Origin: a virus
Taxonomy: Duplodnaviria > Heunggongvirae > Uroviricota > Caudoviricetes
Virus record (IMG/VR): IMGVR_UViG_3300027777_000022
Reading direction: 5' to 3' (one strand)
Length of the DNA stretch: 64,000 bases
Of this stretch, positions 1-8,685 are shown piece by piece; position 1 is the stretch's first letter, and each line of letters opens with the position of its first letter. The position numbers and the translations under genes are program-made. Under the pieces are notes generated by a model. The model ran no database searches, was not told the origin of the DNA, and worked only from the letters and a program-made list of their open reading frames with translations.

Positions 1-388
1 GTGTTTCTCTTGAATCGCCTTGTGCTTCGTCTTGTGCCGCTTGGTGTTCGTTGTTGACATAGAACTTGAGCACATTGGGTTTACGACCACGTTCAATTCT
101 ATAATTCTGGCCACCCACACTGAAGTCTAAACTCACTAACATGTGTTTGGCATTGGTCTTGTTTACAAGATTGTCTTTGCGTATGTTTGATAGTGCTTGT
201 CCATACAATGCATAGCTTAGAGCATTGATAATTGTGGTTTTGCCGGTACCGTTACGTGAGCCGTCACCACCCATGTCCAAGTTTTCACCTAGTACCAAGG
301 TAAGGTCACTGCGATCAAAGTCAATAGCCTGTGTGGCATTGCCCACACTCATGAAGTTTTTAACAGTAAGATTTTTAGTTTGAATCAT
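1..388 (-). CDS. gp46: SbcC/Rad50-like recombination endonuclease ATPase subunit (T4 gp46-like), N-terminal part, runs off the window
   Basis: Hand translation from ATG at 388: MIQTKNLTVKNFMSVGNATQAIDF...VLGENLDMGGDGSRNGTGKTTIINALSYALYG (Walker A, SbcC-type N-terminus); downstream of a gp47-like gene. Confidence 0.93.
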   Translation of the reverse strand, partial: MIQTKNLTVKNFMSVGNATQAIDFDRSDLTLVLGENLDMGGDGSRNGTGKTTIINALSYALYGQALSNIRKDNLVNKTNAKHMLVSLDFSVGGQNYRIERGRKPNVLKFYVNNEHQAAQDEAQGDSRET

Positions 389-597
389 AAAGTCTTATTA
401 TACACATAACCCATGGCTTTTGCAACCTCAGGATGGGTATTGGCAAAATTCTGATTCCGTATGTGATCAAAGTGCTTACAAAGTTTTATAAATTCTTGAC
501 CATCCGAATCTGGCGCCAATTTAACATAGTTTAAAATATACTGCCTAGAAAGTGTTTGTTTTAAGTGTCTGACAGTGAGATTTTTAATTTGAATCAT
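363..597. repeat. 26-bp direct repeat (363-388 and 572-597) duplicating the gp46 start
   Basis: acagtaagatttttagtttgaatcat vs acagtgagatttttaatttgaatcat, 24/26 identical. Confidence 0.85.
385..597 (-). pseudogene. 70-aa chimeric ORF: gp46-like first 10 residues fused to a radical-SAM-like C-terminal helix
   Basis: Starts MIQIKNLTVR (gp46: MIQTKNLTVK); ends FIKLCKHFDHIRNQNFANTHPEVAKAMGY, resembling the C-termini of the 36.8-43 kb radical SAM proteins. Confidence 0.55.
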
Positions 598-718
598 TAC
601 GGATCTTTATTGCTTCTTGATAATGTTGATACAGCATATTTTCTGGCCACTGTCTGTACTTGGAATACCATATAGGAACAATAGAAATATTACCATATTC
701 AGCAGACAACGTTAACAA
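584..718 (-). pseudogene. Possible C-terminal relic of a lost gene (44 codons)
   Basis: Open frame LLTLSAEYGNISIVPIWYSKYRQWPENMLYQHYQEAIKIRNDSN*; only TTG starts or a late internal ATG; stop lies 14 nt into the duplicated gp46 start. Confidence 0.25.
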
Positions 719-720
719 CT

Positions 721-1518
721 TTATGCAATTAATTTTATAATCTGTTTAGTGTTAGAAAAAAAATCAGCAAAATCATTGTGCGGAACTTCTATACCAAAAT
801 TTATCCAAATATAATAATAAATTACAGATTGTGTCCATATGTCTGTGATATGAGTGAGATCGCATAATTGCTTATTTTGCACTGATGTGATAATTTCTTG
901 TGCAATTTTAATTGGTTCAATGTGTTTAACATTTCTAAGATACCACTCGGACCATATCTGATCAAACGGTTCTACCTTTACAATCAAATTTAACATATTA
1001 AACAAATATTTGTAGATTAACAAATCATCAACGTTTAATGAAGGATCAGCTGTGTGCTTCCACGCCGATCTCAGCGGATGATCACGTAAATATAAAAAAT
1101 ATTTTTCTCGTTTGGCCCACAAGTCTTGGGTATTCCAGATGTCGATAGGTAGCTCGCGCTCGAGGCTGCTCTCCATAGCTTTCTCTATCATTGTTTGAGC
1201 AACAATAGGCCAAGTATAGTCGGTGTAGCAAATTTTAATAATGGTTGAATTGGGAAAAATATGTTTAAACTGTTCGCCTTCATCATTAATACCGCTATCA
1301 ATCAACACTGAATAATTTTTGTTGTCTTCAAACTCAAAAGTTCCTGTCCAGGCACCGTGCAAATATTTAGGTACAACCAAATCAAGATCATGGCTATTTC
1401 CGTTATTGCTAAACGTTAGTTGTTTTTTTGGTCTAACAAAGTTTTCACCATGCAATGATAGAATTGCATTGATAAAATGTCCAAACCCTCCACTGGGATA
1501 CCACACACAGTAGATCAT
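721..1518 (-). CDS. Hypothetical protein, possible sulfotransferase/P-loop-like fold
   Basis: 265-aa ORF, ATGA overlap with gp47 stop; N-terminal beta strand plus YPSGGFGHF glycine loop; visibly AT-rich. Confidence 0.6.
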   Translation of the reverse strand: MIYCVWYPSGGFGHFINAILSLHGENFVRPKKQLTFSNNGNSHDLDLVVPKYLHGAWTGTFEFEDNKNYSVLIDSGINDEGEQFKHIFPNSTIIKICYTDYTWPIVAQTMIEKAMESSLERELPIDIWNTQDLWAKREKYFLYLRDHPLRSAWKHTADPSLNVDDLLIYKYLFNMLNLIVKVEPFDQIWSEWYLRNVKHIEPIKIAQEIITSVQNKQLCDLTHITDIWTQSVIYYYIWINFGIEVPHNDFADFFSNTKQIIKLIA

Positions 1519-2531
1519 AGATTCTGATAGATCTTCAACAGCAGTTTGTTATCGTAGAATTCGGATTCAATGTTGGTTATCTGGTCTGTGACAATTTGAT
1601 CCACACTTTCAAACTTGATCTCACCAGGAGCCATGTCTATATCCACTGAGCTGGATTTATTAGGTATCAAAGCCATCTCTCTAAGACTGTAGTCTTTGAT
1701 GTATGTTTCTTTGATAAAGTTGGCCTCTTCGTAACTAATCTCAATATCCAAGTTCACACGCACATGCATCTTGGGTGCAAGCAATTTGTCTGCATTGTCA
1801 ATGATGTTGGCCAGTCCTAACACTCGATATCTAGGTTGATCAGGCCAAGCATGGTATACAGGATCCCGGCCCCATTCTATAATGGTCAATCCTCGATCAT
1901 CATCGCCGGCATCTGCATAGTTGTGGGGAAATGCATTGCCAATATAAGTGATGTTTTTCTTGGTCTGGCGTTTGTGGAAATGACCGGTAAACACATGTTC
2001 AAAGTTGTTGAAATCTTCTCTGCGCACTTCGCCGTGATCTGGCATCTCTACCATGGCGTTCATCAAGTAGCCAGGCAATTCAAAGTGCCCAAACATGTAT
2101 TTGCCTTTTAGCTTGGGGATACGTTTGTAGTCATCGCCTACCAGCCAAGGAGCAATGACCACATCACCAGCTGTAACCCAATCATTGCAGATTTCAACGT
2201 TGGGTAAATGTTTGGCCCATTCAACACTTTGGATATCACGTTTATCGCGATAGTACAAATCATGATTGCCCGGGATGAAATAAACACTGGAAAAATTGTC
2301 ATTCATGTGCTCCAGTGCCCGAAGGCTATAATTCAGCGTGACAATGTTCAAACTGGCTCGATTGTTGTGCCAGTCGCCCAGGAACATGCAGGTCTCGCAA
2401 CCTTCCTCTCGGGCTTTGGAAGTGGCCCACTTCACAAAGTTCAAGCAGTCCTCATTGTGAGTGACACTGTTGCTCTTTAGGCCAAAGTGGATGTCAGTGA
2501 AGATTGCGGCTTTTCGGAATAGATTACTCAT
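1515..2531 (-). CDS. gp47: Mre11/SbcD-like metallophosphoesterase recombination nuclease (T4 gp47-like)
   Basis: Motifs DIHFG, GDWHNNR, GNHD, GHFE, GHFH; lies between gp55 and gp46 as in T4-like phages. Confidence 0.95.
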   Translation of the reverse strand: MSNLFRKAAIFTDIHFGLKSNSVTHNEDCLNFVKWATSKAREEGCETCMFLGDWHNNRASLNIVTLNYSLRALEHMNDNFSSVYFIPGNHDLYYRDKRDIQSVEWAKHLPNVEICNDWVTAGDVVIAPWLVGDDYKRIPKLKGKYMFGHFELPGYLMNAMVEMPDHGEVRREDFNNFEHVFTGHFHKRQTKKNITYIGNAFPHNYADAGDDDRGLTIIEWGRDPVYHAWPDQPRYRVLGLANIIDNADKLLAPKMHVRVNLDIEISYEEANFIKETYIKDYSLREMALIPNKSSSVDIDMAPGEIKFESVDQIVTDQITNIESEFYDNKLLLKIYQNL

Positions 2532-2543
2532 CCTTTGATTATA

Positions 2544-3443
2544 CTACTCATCCAAGGTGCTTACAACCGGTCCGGACATGGCTTCCATTGAGTGTTTGCC
2601 GGAGTTTTGCCGAGTCCATGAAGGATTGAGTCCGTTCATCTCCAGGATGTCGTCACGTATGTTCTGCATCTTCTTTTCAATGTTTAGGATACGAGTAAAG
2701 CTATTAGTGATAGCGGCAGTATAATATGCAAAAGGGTTCTGCGATTTTGATTCGTCAAATTGCAGTCCAATTTGACTGAGCTGTAACAAGGCTTGACCGC
2801 GCATTTCTTCATTGTAAGTGTATCCTCTCCAGTTTGATCTTGTGGCATAACGTTCGCACAGTTTCATAAACATCCGAGCCAGAGTGCGAGTCATCTCGCC
2901 ATGATCCTTTGAAAACTCCCCAGTTTCAAGATCTCCTTTCCAATGGCTTTTGCCAACCAAAAACGGAATTTTGTTCTCGTCCACACGATAGTGAAAAAAT
3001 GGAGGAAAGTTCACTCGCATGTGTGTGGGATCTAGCATGGGTTCGTCGATTATTCCTGCCAGTGTATCTTCTTCTACAGGATCGTCTAGCTCCAGCAGCT
3101 CTTCTAATTTGCGTTTTTTGGCAGCAGCTTTGGTGATTTTTTTAGGTGCCATGGGTATGTGTTCCCAGGTCATGATGCGAAAAACAATGTCTGTGTTGGG
3201 TATCTTTTTTGGATCAATGATTTCACCAGTTTCACGTTTGATGCGATCTGCTTGATTTCTACGTGCTTCGGCGGTGCTCTTTTGATTGATCTTGCTTACT
3301 GATGGTAGGATGATATCGTATTGATGATCCAACACAGGATCTCTAAAAGCACAATAATTCTTTTTGCTAAGGTGAATTTCCTTGAGAATATCTCTGTTGT
3401 TGAGATAGTTGGTCTTTGGTGTTGCTCTTGTAATGGTTGCCAT
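2544..3443 (-). CDS. gp55: Late-transcription sigma factor (T4 gp55-like)
   Basis: NYLNNRDILKEI N-terminus; LCERYATRSNWRGYTYNEEM...FDESKSQNPFAYYTAAITNSFTRILNIEKK core; gp55-gp47-gp46 synteny. Confidence 0.9.
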   Translation of the reverse strand: MATITRATPKTNYLNNRDILKEIHLSKKNYCAFRDPVLDHQYDIILPSVSKINQKSTAEARRNQADRIKRETGEIIDPKKIPNTDIVFRIMTWEHIPMAPKKITKAAAKKRKLEELLELDDPVEEDTLAGIIDEPMLDPTHMRVNFPPFFHYRVDENKIPFLVGKSHWKGDLETGEFSKDHGEMTRTLARMFMKLCERYATRSNWRGYTYNEEMRGQALLQLSQIGLQFDESKSQNPFAYYTAAITNSFTRILNIEKKMQNIRDDILEMNGLNPSWTRQNSGKHSMEAMSGPVVSTLDE

Positions 3444-3471
3444 CAGGGCGAGATCCTTTAAAATATTATTT

Positions 3472-3499
3472 ATTATAACACATTTTTCCAGTTTGTCAA
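3472..3499 (-). promoter_or_regulatory. Consensus sigma70-type promoter for gp55
   Basis: Minus strand TTGACA-N16-TATAAT with extended -10 TGn, 29 nt upstream of the gp55 ATG. Confidence 0.8.
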
Positions 3500-3503
3500 T
3501 GGT

Positions 3504-3536
3504 TATAAACTGCGCGGTTTATTTTTTGGGTAAATA
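3504..3536 (+). promoter_or_regulatory. T4-type late promoter (TAAATA) with upstream palindrome
   Basis: TATAAAC-tgcgcg-GTTTAT-tttttg-GGTAAATA ahead of the first structural gene. Confidence 0.7.
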
Positions 3537-3552
3537 AAGGATAGGAATTATC

Positions 3553-5139
3553 ATGGCATACATCAAAAGCAACGCAACAACATTTAATCAATTGATACAG
3601 CAAGGTTTATCAGTGGCCGAAGCCACTGCGCAATCTGGAATCAGTGCCGATGCTGCTTCATATGGGTCCGGCACAAATTTCAATGCAGGTGCAATAATTC
3701 CAGGTGCCGGCGGAATTGTTGATCCATTGGGACTAACACAAGTATCTTATACACAACCAAGTGTTGCACTGAATTCACAATCTCCTTTGCAGACTACATC
3801 AGCACCGTTCACTGATCCACGCATAATTGTGGGAGCACCGCCACCTCCTATTACAGATGCACCGGCCCAGGCAGTAGATGAATTCACCGGGATAGATCAA
3901 CAAGTTGCAGCTAACGCAGCAGAAAATCAACCATTTCCCTATGGTGATGACGCCACAGGTGTGGATGCTCAGGTAGCTGCTAACGCAGCAGAAAATCAAC
4001 CATTCCCCTATGGTGATGACGCCACAGGTGTGGATGCTCAGGTAGCTGCTAACGCAGCAGCAGCACAAGAATTCCCCTATGGTGATGACGCCACAGGTGT
4101 GGATGCCCAGGTAGCTGCTAACGCAGCAGCAGCACAAGAATTCCCCTATGGTGATGACGCCGCCGGAGTAGATGCTAGAGTAGCTGCTAACGCAGCAGAG
4201 AATGTGGAACAAAGTGATGCTGAAACAGCTCGACTGGCAAGACTAGATCTAGAAGCCACGCCCAATGAATCATCAGCTGAAACAAATAGACTCATTGCTC
4301 AAAATTCACAAGCTGTGGTTGGAACACAATTGGCACAGCGACAAGCAGTATTAGAAGCTCAACGCAAATTGGTCAACAATGGTGATTGGCGTGTTCGCCT
4401 TAGTCTTGCTGCCGGTGCCACCTATTTGTATAATGCATCCAGCCCTGGCATATTGCAACCATTGGCTCGAACTGGAGGAGTAATATTTCCATACATGCCC
4501 AAGATTGATGTAGCATACAAAGCTGATTACGATTCATATGCACTTACACATTCAAACTACAAGGGTTATTTTTACAAAAGCAGTTATACTGATGCTGTGA
4601 GTCTTACTGCAACTTTCACAGCACAAGACACCGCCGAAGCTAATTATTTGTTAGCGGTGATACATTTTTTTAGATCAGTAACAAAAATGTTCTATGGTCA
4701 AGATGCACAACGTGGTGCTCCGCCACCGATGGTATATCTCACTGGTCTTGGAGAATATCAGTTTGCAGCACATCCTTGTGTGGTTAGTAGTTTTCAATAT
4801 AGTTTACCCAACGATGTAGATTATATTCGTGCAGGCAGTACCAACATCAATGGTACTAATTTGATCACCCGCAGAGCAAGACAAGATTTGCCTACTAACC
4901 CCATAACAGGTGCTATCAAAAGATTAGAAAACTTGTTCTCTAGTCAAGGTATCAACAAAGGTGCTATTGTGAGCCCACAGGCACCGCCAACTCTGGGTAA
5001 AAATTCACCAACTTATGTTCCTACCAAGATTGATTGTACAATAAGTTTATTGCCTATGCAAACTCGTGCTCAGGTCAGCCAAGTGTTCAGTCTCAAGAGC
5101 TTTGCCAACGGTGACTTGATCAAAGGAGGATTTTGGTAA
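3553..5139 (+). CDS. Baseplate/tail-tube cap-like structural protein (gp48/gp54/gp19-like fold) with repeat-containing N-terminus
   Basis: 528 aa; C-half DWRVRLSL...GGVIFPYMP...HSNY...FTAQ...EANYLLAVIHFFRSVTKMFYG...GAPPP; first gene of the baseplate operon. Confidence 0.6.
   Translation: MAYIKSNATTFNQLIQQGLSVAEATAQSGISADAASYGSGTNFNAGAIIPGAGGIVDPLGLTQVSYTQPSVALNSQSPLQTTSAPFTDPRIIVGAPPPPITDAPAQAVDEFTGIDQQVAANAAENQPFPYGDDATGVDAQVAANAAENQPFPYGDDATGVDAQVAANAAAAQEFPYGDDATGVDAQVAANAAAAQEFPYGDDAAGVDARVAANAAENVEQSDAETARLARLDLEATPNESSAETNRLIAQNSQAVVGTQLAQRQAVLEAQRKLVNNGDWRVRLSLAAGATYLYNASSPGILQPLARTGGVIFPYMPKIDVAYKADYDSYALTHSNYKGYFYKSSYTDAVSLTATFTAQDTAEANYLLAVIHFFRSVTKMFYGQDAQRGAPPPMVYLTGLGEYQFAAHPCVVSSFQYSLPNDVDYIRAGSTNINGTNLITRRARQDLPTNPITGAIKRLENLFSSQGINKGAIVSPQAPPTLGKNSPTYVPTKIDCTISLLPMQTRAQVSQVFSLKSFANGDLIKGGFW
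3886..4203 (+). repeat. In-frame 69-bp (23-aa) tandem repeat, 4 copies plus a degenerate partial copy
   Basis: ccctatggtgatgacgcc units start at 3937, 4006, 4075, 4144; PYGDDATGVDAQVAANAA(ENQP/AAQE)F. Confidence 0.95.
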
Positions 5140-5438
5140 TGGCCACATACGACTCAACCAGTGCATACTATACCACAGGGTATAGTCAATTTTTCCTGGA
5201 CGTGATGGCTAATCGTGCTATCCCCAAAGAAACCGATGATCGACTTATGCAAATAAATCAGACATATCAGTATAGACCCGATCTGTTGGCATTAGATTTG
5301 TATGATAATCCTGGCCTTTGGTGGGTTTTCTATCAACGAAACCCAAACACGCTCACAGCACCACCGTTGGATTTTAAAGTAGGTGTACAAATTTATCTAC
5401 CTAAAATAACCACACTACGCGGCGTATTGGGATTCTAA
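5139..5438 (+). CDS. gp53: Baseplate wedge protein, LysM-like (T4 gp53-like)
   Basis: YRPDLLALDLYDNPGLWWVF motif; ATG at 5139 overlaps the upstream TAA. Confidence 0.8.
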   Translation: MATYDSTSAYYTTGYSQFFLDVMANRAIPKETDDRLMQINQTYQYRPDLLALDLYDNPGLWWVFYQRNPNTLTAPPLDFKVGVQIYLPKITTLRGVLGF

Positions 5439-5441
5439 TCA

Positions 5442-7001
5442 ATGTCATCATTTATTCAAAGCGAAATTTTACGTGTCAAATTGGATATTGAATACACTCA
5501 AGACAGTGTACGTGCATACGAGGAAAGATTACAAGATCCAAATATTACGCCATTGCAACGAGCCTCGGCTCAAAGAAACTTGGCTCAACAACAACAAAGA
5601 CTTGTTGCCTTGCAAGGGGAACAGGCCACTTTACAAACGCAGGCCAACGCTCCACCAAGCAGCGCCGGCGATGTTGCAGCCGTGGCACAAGGAGCACGTG
5701 ATGATAATGCCAATACCAGTGCAACAGCACCACAACAGCTGGTTGAAACCCCAGATGGTCGCATTACTAACAAACCCCCCACAGTAGATACCAATGCTAA
5801 TCTACCCAATACTGCTGATAATGGCAATACGGATTCAGGAACCGATGACGAAACAAGATCATTAAATGACACCCAATCTATTGCATCTCCTGAGCCATCA
5901 GGGGCATTGTCAGCGCCGCCATTCTTGGATCCTCAACAACGAGCAGAGTTCAACAGCTTGCAAACTCAAGGAGCATTGCCCAGCTATGCACCAGTGAACA
6001 ATGCCACACAAGGTGGAGTAGGCGCACGGGGAGATGATGCTGCACAACCTACAACCAATACAGTGCGAAATAGACTGGATGAACTGTACGGTGGTGCGGC
6101 CAATGCTATCATATCACAAGACAATATCTTGGATTACTATGCCAGCTATACCTATAGTCTCAGCTGGTATCTAGTGGATCCAGATACCTATAACAAATTG
6201 GTCAAATCTCCAAAAAGAAATCTTGAAGGCTATTATCTCCTGGTACAAAGTGGCGGAGCACCAGCAAACAATCAAGTACCTGCAAACAACGGCACTGATC
6301 CCACTGTGCAAACATCTGGTACAGTGGGCTATGGACGAAGTCCATTTTTTCCACTGGACTATTACATTGATAATCTTGAATTTGACGTTGCTTATGCAGG
6401 TACTGCAACCAATGGTGCAGCTACATTTAGCAATTTAACCTTTACCATAACTGAACCCAATGGAATTTCTTTGCTAGATAATTTGTACAGTGCCGTGGCA
6501 GATTTGTACAGCAAGAAAAATATTACCAAACCAGGAACTCCGCCAAATTACTCTGCTGCAATGTATGTGATGGTAGTAAGATTTTATGGATACGATGTGG
6601 ACGGAAATCTTGTGCAGCCTATTGCACGACGTACTGGAGTTACAGATAATCGAGCAGCAGTAGAAAAATTTATTCCTTTCATTATTAGCAACATTGATTT
6701 TAAAGTAGCTAACAAACTGGTTGAATATCAAATTGCAGGAACATTACCAGGAACCGCTACAGGATTTAGTACCAATCGTGGTAGTATTCCGCAGAACTTT
6801 CAGTTCCAAGGAACCACTGTCAGGGACATCTTGGTCGGAACTGTGGCTCAACAAACAGCCAGCGAAGCAGCAGGTGATCAGACCAGAAATGGTGTCCCTA
6901 TCCAAACATCTCCGCCGGGCAGCAACAATGTTCAAGATCCCCAACAACAAGCACAAGCTAGACTAGCGGCGATCAACAACAACGGATGGGGAGAAGGATA
7001 A
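5442..7001 (+). CDS. Putative baseplate hub protein, N-terminal part
   Basis: 519 aa between gp53 and gp5; low-complexity N-half, then NILDYYASYTYSLSWYL...FTITEPNG...FYGYD domain. Confidence 0.5.
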   Translation: MSSFIQSEILRVKLDIEYTQDSVRAYEERLQDPNITPLQRASAQRNLAQQQQRLVALQGEQATLQTQANAPPSSAGDVAAVAQGARDDNANTSATAPQQLVETPDGRITNKPPTVDTNANLPNTADNGNTDSGTDDETRSLNDTQSIASPEPSGALSAPPFLDPQQRAEFNSLQTQGALPSYAPVNNATQGGVGARGDDAAQPTTNTVRNRLDELYGGAANAIISQDNILDYYASYTYSLSWYLVDPDTYNKLVKSPKRNLEGYYLLVQSGGAPANNQVPANNGTDPTVQTSGTVGYGRSPFFPLDYYIDNLEFDVAYAGTATNGAATFSNLTFTITEPNGISLLDNLYSAVADLYSKKNITKPGTPPNYSAAMYVMVVRFYGYDVDGNLVQPIARRTGVTDNRAAVEKFIPFIISNIDFKVANKLVEYQIAGTLPGTATGFSTNRGSIPQNFQFQGTTVRDILVGTVAQQTASEAAGDQTRNGVPIQTSPPGSNNVQDPQQQAQARLAAINNNGWGEG

Positions 7002-7002
7002 C

Positions 7003-8658
7003 ATGGCTGATAATTTACAACCACAACCAAGATATTCCAGCAAACCCGGCGAAAACGCACTGGGTGGTGTTGGCGCACCACCCAAGGCTGATTCTGCTCC
7101 AAAACCCGGTGCCACTGATACCGGCACTGGATTGATTGCAGCGCTCAATGCCTATTGGGGAGGCATAGCTAAATCCAAAGGTATAATACCTGACATATAC
7201 GAAATCAAATTTGTTGACCCGTTGTTGAGCAATGCCAGTGTGGTACCACCAGGTCCACTGGACAAAAGTTTTGCCGGCGGATCTTTGCAGGTCACTGCTG
7301 CTGATGAATTACTCAGTGAAAAGCAAAACATGAGTCCGGCAGTGCGACAACGATCAGCCACTGCCGGACAACAAATTATACAATTTATTGATACAGTATT
7401 ACGTAACAGTAACTATATCACAGATCAACAAAAAGTAATATGGAATTCAAAAACCAACACATGGGAATACAACGGAAAACCTGCACAAAACTTTGTGTGG
7501 TTTAATATATCTTGTCAAGCAGAGCAGCTGGAGTACGATCCCAAGCAGAATGATTTTGCATACAGAATAACTTATATCATTGCACCGTATCAGATTCCTG
7601 TTCAGAGTGAATATTTTGACAACGGTTCTTTTAGAGGTGTGCATAAAGTTTACAACTACTGGTTCACTGGGCAGAATTCTCAAGTCACACAATTTGAACA
7701 AAACTACAACAATGCTTGGACGCAAGCCTTGACCAGCGACGTATCTGTCAGAGCAGGCAATGAATCCCAAGCCAGTCGAGTCAACAGCAGAGAGCAATGG
7801 AAAAAAAGATACATGCCTGCTAGTAATCAAGCCAGACAAGGCAGCGATGGTAATACATTTGAACCAGGAGCTAATGCTGCTGATTATCTTTACTCCGTTG
7901 ATACTGCTACTATTGCATTGAATATACTGGGAGATCCTGCATGGATTCCGCCACCTACCAACATACAGCCAGGGCAATTTACAACATCACCATTTTTTGC
8001 CGATGGCAGCATTAACACCACAGCAAGTGCAGCATATTTTGAATTTGCCTGGAACAAGCCAACCGATTACAATACCACAACTGGTCTCATGGATCCTGGT
8101 CAAAACAACTTTGGATCCAACCGGGCTGCTGGTCGAGCAGGTATTGCTCAACAAGCAGTTTCGTATCAGGCCACTGGTGTAAAAAGTAAATTCCGTGGCG
8201 GAAAATTCACTCAAGAACTATCTGGAACATGGTTACAAACACCTGCCAAGAATGCTGTGGCTGCTGCTGACACAGGTAGAAAAACTGATCCTGCAACTGG
8301 AACAAAAACTGTGGGCAGCATTAGTAATGTTCAAGATGCTGCACAACCAACCGCAGTTAATTCTTTAGGATTACTAGCCGGTTCATCAGTATACAGCATT
8401 AATAATGTTCAAGATCGCGCCCCATCAGCAGTGAATATTGAATCGTCATCAACTCCCAATTCAATTTCGTCAATTAGCAATGCAGAATTACTGCCGGCAA
8501 AACCTCCAGGTATTGACGGTGCAGAGCCAACTACAGAATTTCAACCGCCACCGGTTCTACGGGGAAATCCCACTGCTGGATTTGATGGCCTAGATTTATC
8601 ACCAGCTCCTGCTCCAACTCCTCCACAGGGTATAGTTAACGACGATCAGGGACCCTAA
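7003..8658 (+). CDS. Putative baseplate hub protein (gp27-like), C-terminal part
   Basis: 551 aa directly upstream of gp5; YNYWFTGQN, LNILGDPAW, Y-x-ATGVKSKF-x-GGKFTQEL typical of hub proteins; RBS-like GGAG/AAGGA. Confidence 0.5.
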   Translation: MADNLQPQPRYSSKPGENALGGVGAPPKADSAPKPGATDTGTGLIAALNAYWGGIAKSKGIIPDIYEIKFVDPLLSNASVVPPGPLDKSFAGGSLQVTAADELLSEKQNMSPAVRQRSATAGQQIIQFIDTVLRNSNYITDQQKVIWNSKTNTWEYNGKPAQNFVWFNISCQAEQLEYDPKQNDFAYRITYIIAPYQIPVQSEYFDNGSFRGVHKVYNYWFTGQNSQVTQFEQNYNNAWTQALTSDVSVRAGNESQASRVNSREQWKKRYMPASNQARQGSDGNTFEPGANAADYLYSVDTATIALNILGDPAWIPPPTNIQPGQFTTSPFFADGSINTTASAAYFEFAWNKPTDYNTTTGLMDPGQNNFGSNRAAGRAGIAQQAVSYQATGVKSKFRGGKFTQELSGTWLQTPAKNAVAAADTGRKTDPATGTKTVGSISNVQDAAQPTAVNSLGLLAGSSVYSINNVQDRAPSAVNIESSSTPNSISSISNAELLPAKPPGIDGAEPTTEFQPPPVLRGNPTAGFDGLDLSPAPAPTPPQGIVNDDQGP

Positions 8659-8685
8659 ATTAAGAGTAATAAGGAACAATAAACA

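Noticed and set aside
750-765. A8 tract near the end of 721..1518 as a frameshift fusing it to the 584-718 relic
   Set aside because: The shifted frame meets TAA immediately after the tract
3886-4203. Regular repeats as a possible CRISPR array
   Set aside because: Units are contiguous 69-bp in-frame coding repeats with no unique spacers, and no cas genes are present
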